A stretch of DNA of 64,000 nucleotides, from contig OZ361257.1 in NCBI GenBank assembly GCA_977018835.1, forward strand, positions 5,394,001-5,458,000, in the 5' to 3' direction. Positions within the stretch are counted from its first letter, which is position 1. Every line of letters begins with the position of its first letter. The translations under genes and the position numbers were made by a program. Below the pieces are notes generated by a model. That model worked only from the letters and a program-made list of their open reading frames with translations, searched no databases and had not been told where the DNA came from. Positions 1 to 10,627 of the stretch are shown in pieces. Origin of the DNA: Minutocellus sp. GHC0000111. Its lineage: Eukaryota.

Positions 1-468
1 CCCCTCACCGTCCAGCTCAGCGCGTTGAGCGACCGGTCCTTCACCTTCGACATGCGGAGTCCGCCGACCAGCTACCTGGTGAAGAAGGCCGCGGGCGTCG
101 ACAAGGGACCCAACAGCCCCAACGCCGACACCCCCGTGGGATTTATTACGCCCGAGGCCGTGTACGAGATTGCCAAGGTCAAGAGCGCCGATCAGCATCG
201 GTGGCACCTCCCCCTCGATGGGGTGGCCCGGAGCGTCATCGGTACGGCGCGGAGCATGGGGATTCGGGTGAAGGAGAGCGAAGACGACCAGGCGGCGGCC
301 GGTGGCGATGATGGTGGTGCCAAGGAGGCGGCGGACGCTGCTGGTGGAGAAAAAAGGGCAAGAAGAAGAAATAAGTCAACGAATGCCGGTAAGGCGACAT
401 ATAATAGTAGCAATGTATATATATACTTCGATATGCTTCGATCGCTTATTCGAAGCATCGATGCATAA
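1..468 (+). CDS. MRPL11: Mitochondrial ribosomal protein uL11, 3' part (5' end lies outside the window)
   Basis: Frame-1 translation PLTVQLSALSDRSFTFDMRSPPTSYLVKKAAG...ITPEAVYEIAKVK...SVIGTARSMGIRV matches the uL11 C-terminal domain. The tail after ~300 is low-complexity and the true stop is uncertain. Confidence 0.9.
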   Translation, partial: PLTVQLSALSDRSFTFDMRSPPTSYLVKKAAGVDKGPNSPNADTPVGFITPEAVYEIAKVKSADQHRWHLPLDGVARSVIGTARSMGIRVKESEDDQAAAGGDDGGAKEAADAAGGEKRARRRNKSTNAGKATYNSSNVYIYFDMLRSLIRSIDA

Positions 469-954
469 TTTTGTGCAAATGCAAACATCTGCATTTGGTG
501 GAAACAAGGGAGGCCCATGATGATGAGGAGGAGGAGGAGAGGAGGAGGAGGAAGGTCTTGGTGGAGGTAAAACTTTTGCCAGAAAAAGAGACAGGTACCG
601 GTAAATCCGGCGGCAGACAGGCCAAGTGAGGGGGGATCGCATTTCCAGTACATGTAGCCTTGATGCCCACGCACGTTGGTGTTCATGGCCGGGAATTCAT
701 CAGCTGCAGCAGAGCAGCAATCAATTATTTTGTTTCGTCTGTTCGTGGTCGGTCCGCTGATCTAAATGAGAATGAGTACTCTTATGGTTATTTCGGTGTT
801 CATGGTGAAAGTCGAGCAGTGCCTTTGTCACAGATTGATGAAGATACGGGGGGTGCCGCATCTTTCATTTCCTAAGTAGTAGCTAGCCGCACCCTGCCTT
901 GACTGTTGCGAAGATTACATTCGCATACTTGCATCGGGTCAGTTGCCACGATAG

Positions 955-2092
955 ATGACACGAACATCCCTCTTCCCAACCTCCTTCCTTCTGGTCATCG
1001 CCTGCTGCCAAGCTGCCGTCCGATGTAGCCCATCGCTCGGCGGGGGCGTTTGCCCGTCTGACAACACATGTTGCCCTGTCTACAACGCAAATGGGCAGCT
1101 ACTTGCCAATGCATCAAGTTGCATTCCCCCGAATTCCCACATTGCGACTGGACCTGGTGTCTGCTGCGGAAGTTCGAGGAGTGGCAGCCCGTGGGGTCAG
1201 CCCATCTTCACCGGCTGCTCTGCCTGCTACAGATGTACGTCGCAAATAGACATAGATGGAAAGATCAATGAATATTGTAGCCGTGTCGCAGATGAAGAAG
1301 AAGTTGACGTGAAGAAGAGTAGAAAACTATTGCGTAGAAGCGGTCACAATCGCGGCACCATTTGTAGCAACCAAACAGATGCGATTCACCCGCCATTCTT
1401 CCCTCGGTATCACCTGTGCACCTTGAATCGAGAAGCTTTGGAGACTGTGCATGGATTTCCCACAAAAGGCCAATCCAACTATGAACTAGCTTATTACTCC
1501 AATATGGGTTCGATCAGTGAAGCCAAACCAGGTGTGCGATTTATTTTTATTGCTATCCACGGAAGCTCGAGAATAGCAGATGACTACCTATGTGCCGCGG
1601 TTGGTACGATCCAATTGCAGAGTCGGTATACCCCTGATTCAGTGTTGGTCGTATCACCTCATTTCCTAGTCCCCGAAGATTTAGAGCCTGATTTCAAGCC
1701 CACACAAGCCGGTGCGCTTCCAGCTCGGTGGAACGAAACCTATCCGATAGAACATACATGGCGCTATGGATCAGAATCCATTCGAGGTGGAATCAGTTCA
1801 TTCGACACTATTGACAGTCTGTTAGATCATTTTATCTTGGATCAAAGAAGTTTCTATCCAAATTTAGAGGCCATTGCTATTGCCGGTCATTCCGCGGGTG
1901 GGCAGTTCGTTCAGCGATATGCTTTGCTATCGTCGCATTGGGCGCTCGATGCCAAGATATCGCAAACAAACACAGAAGGGATGCGAAACATCCAGGTTAG
2001 ACTTGTCGCTGCTAATCCTCGATCTTATTGTTATCTTGATGATCGACGGTATATAGATGATGAGTATAAGCAACCGCACGAGGATAAGCAGC
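955..2092 (+). pseudogene. Secreted alpha/beta-hydrolase, 5' part, interrupted by an insertion
   Basis: Signal peptide, Cys-rich N-terminus, IHGS oxyanion motif, nucleophile elbow AGHSAGGQFVQRY and ANPRSYCY. The sequence then runs into the element end at 2093. Confidence 0.8.
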
Positions 2093-2248
2093 GAGTTGTC
2101 AAAGTAAGCTTTGTGAGAGATATTGGGCTGGTCTCGGGTGGTACATACATGATGTGGCGACGGTGCCTGTAGCCGAGACCGTCCAGAACGATGTGTGCGA
2201 CTAACATGCATATTTGATGCTTAGTATTTCATTTAACACTACTTCTAC

Positions 2249-4438
2249 TTATCCCTCCTGCTCGGGACACTCGCTACACCTCCAAATGTTCTGTCCCACT
2301 GGTCGCTTCATTAGATCAATTGCATCTTCGGGGCTCATGTCGATGCACTCAGGACGATTATCATACCACTTATTGCAACCAGAACAGATCATGGGCACAA
2401 CATCTTCCCACTCGTGCATCTCTCCGCATTCACCGCAAACACATCGATCTTCAGTTCGCACTTGTCTTCGGCACCTTGGAGCAGCAACAACATTGTTGCG
2501 AATTCTGTCCTTGGCAATCTTGTACCAGTTCGGATACACTGCGATCAGTTTCTTCTCTCTCTCCTCTTGTATTGTGCGTCGTGAAGTAGCGAGAAGCTGC
2601 TAGAATAGCCAGTCATTTAGCACGTCGTAGCCAATATAGTCCTCACCGCCGTAGGCATCGGGTGGCGTTGTTGGATGTCGAGTTTGTTGAATTCTTTTGA
2701 ACTCCACATACATCTGCTCCCATAGCTCATCATCGCTTGGCCTTGGCCCTCCGCTTTCGCCAAGGTAAGACCGAATAGAATTGTTCTTGCGAAGTATTTC
2801 CGCCTTAACCGGGTGGAGATTACTGCTACTCCATATGCATTTCTGCTGGGCAAGGAACATTCTTGCAGAAAGGACTTGGCGATGGGAGAACTTGATGGCG
2901 TCGCCGAGGGTTTCACCGCGCTTCAACCGAGGTAGGTCGGCGTTGCTGTCATTTGCCTCTATGATGGCCCCGACATGAGTTACAATCTTGGCGTACTCTC
3001 GCAGGCTGCTGGCTTCGTATTGGATGCCTCGGTTGCTCAATCGGATGTAATCTTCCAAGCGATCCTTCGTATTGACAATGTACGCAACCTTCTTGATGCT
3101 CTTGGAATATTGCCCACCCACTACATTTGTGCGCAGAGTATCTGATCCACTCTTGAGGCTTTTGATCAGATTACCCAAGTCGGAACACGCCGGGCGGTTC
3201 ATCCCTGCTCCTTTGTGAAGGACAAATTTGAGGAGATCAAAAATGACACCCTCAGCGACGTGCACTGCTCGATCCAACTCCTCCTCGGCGATTGCGTCTC
3301 TGGTCCGTGGTGCAGTAATTTCAAGTACAGCCCAGGCACGATCGACGTCAAACAGAGCGCGAGGATACGTTGCTCCATCCGAATCAATTCTTGTCCAAGA
3401 ACCATCCTGATGGCAGGAGCCAACCTTCATCGCGCAATCCTTGTTGAGGAGATCGCAACGAACAACGCGGAGCAAGCCTGCTATGAGCCCTTTTCTTCCA
3501 CCTAGGACATACCGCCAAATGTAATCATCGAGGAGTGTCTCCTTGATGAAAACAATTTCCCTCCTACCAACGGTTGGATTGGACTCGACGAATGGCTGAA
3601 GGATCGTCCAAATATTATCATCACCCGTGATTGGCCGGTCCTTAAAACACGTGGCTGGTTCATCGGGATCAGTCGACTCTTGGGGGGTAGTGTACTCCTC
3701 TGGTAGCACTGTAGCTCTGTGACTACAGAGTGCATCGCGCAACTCGCCGAGAAGAATTGGGATAGTTCTGCCTCTGCCGGTGAAAAAGGAGGCATCAATC
3801 TCATGCAGAGCCTCCACCACGTGCTTCGTCTTCCCGTCCCCCCTTAGGCGAGTTGATTTTTTTCGAGCAATACGATTGCCACTACCGTCATGCTTTTTGA
3901 CACCATACGGCTGCGTGGTCTTTCGCCCGTCGGCGACGGCGGACATCTGCTCCAAGTATCGGTCGCCAGCATCTTTCCGGCCAAGATCGCGCGCGGCATA
4001 CTCGTCCAATAGTTTGCCCTTGGAAATATGATATTCGTATATCGTCTCCATAAATGTCGAAAAGAAAGTTGGGTTTGTGTGGCATATCACTTTGAGATTA
4101 GCAGGAATGTCATCACCCGATTCGGCTGGCGGTTCGGCAACTGCACCCTCTGCCGATTCCTCTTCGGCCAAAGAGGGCCCGCGGCGGCGTTTATTCTGCC
4201 TTGGATTGATTTCGTCGGTAGGATCCTCGTCGTCGTTCCCCACGCGCGGATTATCGGCGGCCCCACCGTATTCTTGCTGACTGGACCAATCAGCACCTGT
4301 TGCTTGATCTTCTGCAATTTGCATTGCGGCGGCAATCTCGGCCGCCTCGCCGTCACCAGCGTTGCCAGCAGTCGAGGCACCTACGCCGGACATGTCCGCC
4401 ATGGCGGCGGCCGCCGCCATAAGGCGATCGTCCTCCAT
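2249..4438 (-). pseudogene. Cargo ORF: uncharacterised protein with a C-terminal PHD-like zinc finger behind an in-frame TAG
   Basis: ORF 2600..4666 (likely start ATG 4438) and ORF 2249..2539 are in the same frame, separated only by TAG at 2600-2602. The C-terminal CGEC...ICSGCNKWY...C...WRCSEC is PHD-like. Confidence 0.6.
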
Positions 4439-4860
4439 GGTTGAGCAGATTTGAATGGCGCGGGAAATGCCGAAATTGCCACGCGTGGGCTGGCAGGCTT
4501 GCGATTCGGTGGCGGGCAGGCTTGCGAAAATTTCAGCCACACATCCAGCCCACAGCACCATCTGCCAGCCGGATGACTCGCATACTTTTGGTCGCACTTT
4601 CGGTGGCCGGCCGGCGCGCGCGAAGCAACCGACCGGCGCGCCCAACGCGGGCCACCATGGCGGCAAAAATTCAAATTGCCGCCGCTACGTGCAGAACGAA
4701 GGCGATATCTCGCGCTGGTGTGGGAGAATTACAGCACGAGACCAACCAGGCACTCCCGACATCCTGGTGATATTCCCGTTGGTCTCGATCCATAGTTCTC
4801 CATGAGCAAAAAAAATAACGGCCGCAATCCCGCGGTCAACACCGCAGACAGACAGAACAG

Positions 4861-6369
4861 TTGCGTGCGGTGCAGGACGCCCTGCTGGCTGAACCACTCG
4901 TCCGTCTTCGCAGAAAGGAACTTCATTGCTACAATTTCATCGGCAACAACAACGACTCCTTGATGAATGTGTTGGGATGCAGTCCCATCATGCACGGCGC
5001 CGTCATGTGCACTGCGGGCATCTTGGGTTTGTTTGAAGGAAAGAAGAAGAAACACGAAGACTGCGATGTGTTTTTTGTGAGGACGGACAACCAGAATGGA
5101 TGGGATGAAATGGTATCAAGACACTGCCTTGCCGACAACGTTCAGCGAACCCCATGCAAAAAGAGCACATTTGTTCGCCTCGGTTCTGTCAATCCTCGTG
5201 CAGCCGACGCTCTCCATGATGATGGATGGATGGCTTTCGACATGGTCACGGTCGAGCAACAATTTCGCCTCGAAATGCCGCCGCCGCGGCTCAATTTGAC
5301 GAAGGCATGCAATGCATTCCTCAAGTCGGTCGCACCACATGTGTCGGTGGGATGTGCGGCGATGGACTGCGAAGTCAACAGGCAGATGTTGCTCGAGGCC
5401 CAGAAGTTCCCTGGTGGGCATGATGGCCAGGACGATGGGTGGGACAATGACGACGATGTTGGGACGGTGGGCACCCTGACCACGACGGAGGCCGGCGAGA
5501 TCAGTGAGGACGATGACGACAAAGACGAGGACTGTGTGCCCTGTTGTGAGGACGAAGCTGACATTGCAAGAGAGGACGCTGCACATGAAGCATGCATGCA
5601 GCAGCACTTTGAGAAGAATCGTCAGAGAAGCACGGTGATGGCGAGCCAGAGATGGGAGCTGTCGATGATGCCGAGGATGACGACGCCCCTCACTTCCATT
5701 TCCTGAAAAAGGCCGGCATTGAGGCGGCCGACTCAGGTAAAACAAGGGCAGTGCTGGCAGAGTGCTGGAGAGCTTTATCCACTGTTAACATGTTTCTGAT
5801 GGCAACAACAAGAAGAAACCAAGGACAACAGAGTTCATCCACCACAACACCTCCACCAAAGGAGCTCTCCTGCTGGTTCCAGAGACGAAATGTGACGATC
5901 CAATTGCCGGGGACAACAGGTTCCAGCGAAGAACAAAAGATGAAGGAACAATTGAGAGGAGCTCCTCGTCGCTGCTACTGGAGGCAAGGCCGAGCATGTT
6001 GAGCACGCCGCCAGGAGCTACGCCTCGCACTTTGCCCGTCGTCACAAGGATGCTTTTTACGATTGGACCAACACATTTGGCTAGTGAAGAATGGATGGGG
6101 CGGCACCTGTTGGCTGGCTCGACGAATCGTTTGTAGAGCGAGCCCACCAAGAGGGCGTTAAGGAAGATCGTCGGACTCAGGGCGTCAAGGGACATGAGGC
6201 CCAACAGACGGCGCAGTTCAAGGCTGAGGAGAGGGCATCCAATCCAAAGGTCGAGGAGAGGCGGGAGCGAAACTCTCGGGTGGCAAGAACAAGGAAAAGG
6301 ACAAGGACTGAAGCTGTTAAAGCAGAAACTGACGACAAGCGCCAACAAATGATGGAGATGAGGATGTAG
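4861..6369 (+). pseudogene. Degenerate cargo ORF, TpA-depleted, broken by frameshifts
   Basis: Consecutive ORF pieces 4861-5706, 5652-6002 and 6091-6369. Acidic tract. The first 281 aa contain 1 Tyr, 13 Cys and 9 His. Confidence 0.55.
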
Positions 6370-6664
6370 AGATGGGAGCAGGGCATGTGTAAAATTAGAA
6401 AATGAAATTACACTACTAAACAGTGTCGCGATTGAGCAAGAAAGTAAATAGTACACCCAAACAAACACATCACGTCCTTCTTAACTCACCCATTTATCTA
6501 GCCCTCATCCAGCCCTCGCCTTTTTCATTCTTCAAGATGTACTTGCACTGACGAACCGAACCGGCGCACCAAGCCCTTGCCTGATACGATAACGTATCCT
6601 CTGCCCTCCCTCCAGATAACGGGGGGAGGGTAGATCGCCTTCTCCATTGGGGATAGTTGGCAAC

Positions 6665-7618
6665 ATGGCAACTCAGCTGGCTGCTCGTGCATTTATGTCG
6701 CCGCGATCGCGACGCAAACATTCACGATCGCCACGACGACGACACTCATTATCACCACAACGTCCAACCAAAGTGCCCAAGACAAAAAGTAACAAGGTAC
6801 ATCGTACTACGGAGAAGCAACTGACCAAATACCTACGCCCTCCCGACGACTTGCATGCGGAAGAACCGTCCCTCCTCTCCCTTGATGGCCTTCCCCTTGT
6901 CCTTGTACTTGTCTTTCTCGTCGATACACCCGACGGCGTTGATGAAGCCATATCCCAACACCCCCCATTCCGCTCCGTCAACCGAGCCAACGAGTTATGG
7001 GAGCGGCTCTGCAGGTCCAGGTGGAAAGACAAATTTGGATACCAGGAGCGGTACGAATGCGCCAAGGCGTTGTTTGATTCATCTTCCTTATCAAGCAACG
7101 CATCACCTGAGTTCTGGCATCAGCAGTACTACAAGGCCGAGGCCGACGCAAATCGGAACGCCATTACAGTCAAAGAACTTACCAGCCTCACGTTCAGTTG
7201 CCGCTCCTGGTTCGATCCTCTTATCAAACCTCCAAACTGGAAGAAACGCCACCAAGTATGGATGTCCGGTCTTCAACATTCCACCTCGGATGAGGTCAAG
7301 TTTTGCACACCAGCATCTGCGCCAGCACACCCAAGTGGTTGGGTAACATCAGGAGTTATTATTCGTTGGTATTGGCAACACAACGGAAGTATTATCAATA
7401 TCGAGAACTCAAGGCCATCTAAATTCCGCACCCTCCGTGTACGACGCCTACCCAATTGGGGTTGGGAGCTCGCCTCTGATGTTATTGTTCTTCGTTCTGT
7501 CGACCAAGCTGGAGAATGTGCCATCAATGCACTTTGGCATGACTACACCAGCATACTCATTGATCAACCAATACCAGCAAAAGCATTGAAAAGTCTCGGG
7601 AGGGGATATCCAAATTGA
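6665..7618 (+). CDS. Cargo ORF: F-box-like protein
   Basis: SLLSLDGLPLVLVLVFL...NELWERLCRSRW pattern typical of F-box proteins. An in-frame continuation (WREIPNIPELMEKLPW) after TGA 7616-7618 suggests a premature stop. Confidence 0.55.
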   Translation: MATQLAARAFMSPRSRRKHSRSPRRRHSLSPQRPTKVPKTKSNKVHRTTEKQLTKYLRPPDDLHAEEPSLLSLDGLPLVLVLVFLVDTPDGVDEAISQHPPFRSVNRANELWERLCRSRWKDKFGYQERYECAKALFDSSSLSSNASPEFWHQQYYKAEADANRNAITVKELTSLTFSCRSWFDPLIKPPNWKKRHQVWMSGLQHSTSDEVKFCTPASAPAHPSGWVTSGVIIRWYWQHNGSIINIENSRPSKFRTLRVRRLPNWGWELASDVIVLRSVDQAGECAINALWHDYTSILIDQPIPAKALKSLGRGYPN

Positions 7619-7918
7619 TGGCGGGAGATTCCGAACATACCGGAGCTCATGGAGAAGCTCCCATGGAATCAGTGGGACGACAAGTAGGAACGGTGGATGG
7701 AAGGCCGATGAACTAATTGGAGAGACACGGGCATTTACATGTAGCAACAATGGCTTAACTGTATGCTGCACACATGCCATGTTTATCTTTTTTTTAATCA
7801 ACATGTACGAATGCATGCTAATCATTCAGGATGCTATATGTTAAATTGTTATGTTAATGTTACCCACGCGAGACCCTTCAATAGCCCTGCCGCGACTTGC
7901 CGTGCCAATGAAGAAATC

Positions 7919-9598
7919 TTAGACTTCGGCGTGCTGTTTGACATGCCCAGCAGCAGCGAGGATGTCAGCAGCAATTGCACTGATGCCATCAGTGGCAGCA
8001 TCGTCGCTATTGGCCGCCGCCGGCTTCCTGTCGTCATCTTCATCGCTACTAGCATTGTCATCGTCGCTGGGCTGCATGAATCCACCATCGTCTTCTATGC
8101 TCGAAAAGCTTTCATATCCATCCTCCGCTGATACGTTCATCTCAAGGAGGACCTTTTGAGCATTCTCACTGGAAAGATCCATGCTTGTGGTTGACCCCGC
8201 AACGCTGCCAATGTCACCGGCACCAGCCTTCCACTGGTGAGTACCATCGGACTTCTTCACCAGCATGTTAGTCCTAATGTTGCGAATGGCGTACTTGACC
8301 TTTTTGCACAGCTTTGGGTCGGAAGGGGCATCCGACGACATTTTGCTGATGATGTATGAAATGACGTCGTAGTTGACTTTCACTTCCCCACCCCTCGACA
8401 CAACCCCCACAACATGTTCCAACACAATGCGTCTCTGTTCCTCCGCCAATCCTCCTCTATCACTGCTGTAAAGCCCCCTGCTCTTGAGAATGGCAATGAA
8501 TTCGGCTTTCGACATTTTGCCTTTCCCATGGTGACCACGGACATCATTCAAAAAAGCCTCGTGCATTGCAAGACATTGCACACGCTCGAATTCCTTTGGG
8601 TGACAGTTGCAAAAACCAAGGTACAACTGCTTGCCCATGAAAGTCACCGACGCGCCGAATTTCGTACTCTTCCATGGCTTGAAGTTGTGAGGAATGCGAG
8701 TCACCTCGGCGCCGTCCCTCTCTCGACTCTCAAAGATGCGATCATTTGGTCGAACGACACCATGTTCGTTGGCCAGGCGAAAAACAATCCTGTATGCGAC
8801 AGCCTCCTTCGACATTTGGCGAGCTTCGTCATCAAGAGCACTGAGGATGGTCTTGGCCTCGGCTTCGGCTCGATCGGCTTCGTCGGGTTTGAAATATCCC
8901 AACTCAAATCCCTCGACGACGACGCGTTTCGTAAACTCAAAGCCAATGGCTTCGAGGCGGGAACGGCGGTCATTGCTAAGTTTCCCACTCGTGAAGCTGC
9001 TATTTTGGTCATACAACCATTTGAATAGCAACTTGTGAGGGCCCTGTGATGGAATATTGAAATGGCCATTGGCCATTTTGAATGAAACGAGAGCGCTGTA
9101 GTGTTCATCCCATTTCATTTGAGCACTTGGCTCCGGCCACGAGATAGATGCCAGCTTCTGCTTTTGCCAACCATACAATCCACTGTGCTTGACAAATGAT
9201 CGACACGTTTTCACAAACTCCTTTATGCCCAGTTCCTCGGCAGGAATGTCGTTGTACCCATACTCGCGCTCCTGGTTCTGCCCACGGTACCAATCCTTGA
9301 GAATTTCAAAGCTTTCGTCCCAGGTCTTCTTTTTGCTCTCAATCGGCTCCGGCCACGAGATAGATGCTAGCTTCTGCTTTTGCTCACCAGACAATCCACT
9401 GTGCTTGGCAAATGATCGACAATTTTTCACAAACTCCCGTATGCCCAGTTCCACTGCAGGAATATCGTTGTACCCATACTCGCGCTCCTGGTTCTGCCCA
9501 CGGTACCAATCCTTGAGAATTTCAAAGTTTTCCTCCCAGCTTTTCAGTGTTCTTGGCTTTCCGCCGCCGCCGGACTTTGCCTTCTTCTTCGGCGGCAT
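7919..9598 (-). CDS. Cargo ORF: helicase-associated (HA) domain repeat protein with a possible AP2-like motif
   Basis: Starts MPPKKKAK (NLS-like). WDEHYSALVSFKMANGHFNIP...LFKWLYDQ...LSNDRRSRLEAIGFEF is a typical HA domain, preceded by two HA-like 72-aa repeats. KFGASVTFMGKQLYLG resembles AP2 strands. Confidence 0.7.
   Translation of the reverse strand: MPPKKKAKSGGGGKPRTLKSWEENFEILKDWYRGQNQEREYGYNDIPAVELGIREFVKNCRSFAKHSGLSGEQKQKLASISWPEPIESKKKTWDESFEILKDWYRGQNQEREYGYNDIPAEELGIKEFVKTCRSFVKHSGLYGWQKQKLASISWPEPSAQMKWDEHYSALVSFKMANGHFNIPSQGPHKLLFKWLYDQNSSFTSGKLSNDRRSRLEAIGFEFTKRVVVEGFELGYFKPDEADRAEAEAKTILSALDDEARQMSKEAVAYRIVFRLANEHGVVRPNDRIFESRERDGAEVTRIPHNFKPWKSTKFGASVTFMGKQLYLGFCNCHPKEFERVQCLAMHEAFLNDVRGHHGKGKMSKAEFIAILKSRGLYSSDRGGLAEEQRRIVLEHVVGVVSRGGEVKVNYDVISYIISKMSSDAPSDPKLCKKVKYAIRNIRTNMLVKKSDGTHQWKAGAGDIGSVAGSTTSMDLSSENAQKVLLEMNVSAEDGYESFSSIEDDGGFMQPSDDDNASSDEDDDRKPAAANSDDAATDGISAIAADILAAAGHVKQHAEV
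9129..9538. repeat. 216-bp period in-frame tandem duplication within the HA-domain ORF
   Basis: GGCTCCGGCCACGAGATAGATGC starts at 9129 and at 9345. The protein repeats WxExFEILKDWYRGQNQEREYGYNDIPA...QKLASISWPEP. Confidence 0.95.
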
Positions 9599-9772
9599 CT
9601 TCTTGCTGCGAAAATAAATGTGCTCAGGCCGCAGAACCTGTCGCACATGTGGTGGCTCAAATTTCGTGCTGGTGGAGTGATAATAACGAACGAAAGAAAA
9701 CGAAAAAGAAGAAGAAAAGAGAAGGAAAAAGGGAAAAGAGGGAAGGAGAGAGAGAGAGAGAGATTTCGTCAA

Positions 9773-9831
9773 AGGCATTGTTGTACTGTTATTTGGACAA
9801 ATTTTGTCCAAATAACAGTACAACAATGCCT
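9773..9831. repeat. Perfect palindrome, 29-bp arms with a 1-nt spacer
   Basis: AGGCATTGTTGTACTGTTATTTGGACAAA-T-TTTGTCCAAATAACAGTACAACAATGCCT. Confidence 0.97.
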
Positions 9832-10346
9832 GAGGTTAAATTGCTAACTACGTAGTCGCTCAGTTGGAGAAGAGAGAGAGAGCGATCTTTGCTTGAGACA
9901 CCATGGGCAGCGTCGCCGTCGCTTTGCCGCCATCGACGCGCTGTGCTGACGCGCGTGCCAAGAAGAGAGCGAGCGCCAAGGGGGTGAGAGCTAGCTCAAC
10001 TACCACAGAGGGGGGTGTTAGCGCGTGCGCGGTCGTCAATCGCCTCGGGCCAGCCAGCCCAAGAATGTCGGGTCCAACCGTTTGCCCCATCATCCATCGG
10101 CCACAAGATGTTGCCAGTTTTTTCGCTCACATCCGGCTACCGCCCCCCAGCATCCCAAACTCACGGACACCTCTCTCCCAAATGCCTTGATTCAAGTGAC
10201 CATGTAGTTTGGGCGTCGATGGTGGTCTCCATGGCGCCCGCCCGGCATGCAAGCAAATTGTGGACCATTTCTTGTGAAAGCAGAAAATTCCAACGTTGCA
10301 CTTACTGGCATAGTGCTTGTGCCCTCAAAAAACACGAGAAAGGAAA

Positions 10347-10482
10347 AGCTTTTATAAATTTGCGAATAGACGCGTCAGAGCTTTTATAAAAGAAACACCT
10401 TTTTCCGTACAATGTCGTCAGAGCTTTTATAAAAGAAACTTCTTTTTCCGTTTTGACACGTCATAAGTTTTTATAAAAGCTC
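10347..10482. repeat. Subterminal repeat array of the 8.5 kb element
   Basis: CGTCAGAGCTTTTATAAAAGAAAC..CTTTTTCCGT at 10373 and 10416 (43-bp period), plus partial copies at 10347 and 10459-10482. The core CTTTTATAAAAG is palindromic. Confidence 0.9.
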
Positions 10483-10627
10483 CACCAGCACAAACTCGGT
10501 GCCCATGTGGTCGCGTCGAGGAAGTCTGCATCAGATGGCGAGTTTCCATTTCCATGCAAACAGTTTCCATCACACAAGGCCAAGTTCATGTTTTTGGTCG
10601 GCTCAAGATTGGATGCCTTGACAACTC

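Larger units (their letters stand above)
2093..10627. mobile_element. ~8.5 kb cargo-carrying insertion with short terminal inverted repeats (putative non-autonomous DNA transposon)
   Basis: GAGTTGTCAA at 2093-2102 and TTGACAACTC at 10618-10627 (11/12 match when extended). It separates the N- and C-terminal parts of one hydrolase gene. No target-site duplication and no transposase were recognised. Confidence 0.75.

Noticed and set aside
518..552. (TGA)/(GGA)n microsatellite and similar GA, GTT and CAG runs
   Set aside because: Ordinary simple repeats.
5652..5800. Possible degenerate HMG-box (PHFHFLKK...VLAECWRALS)
   Set aside because: Spacing is too short and the similarity too weak to call without a profile search.
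10347..10482. Repeat array considered as CRISPR
   Set aside because: Only two full units, no proper spacers, eukaryotic context and no cas genes.
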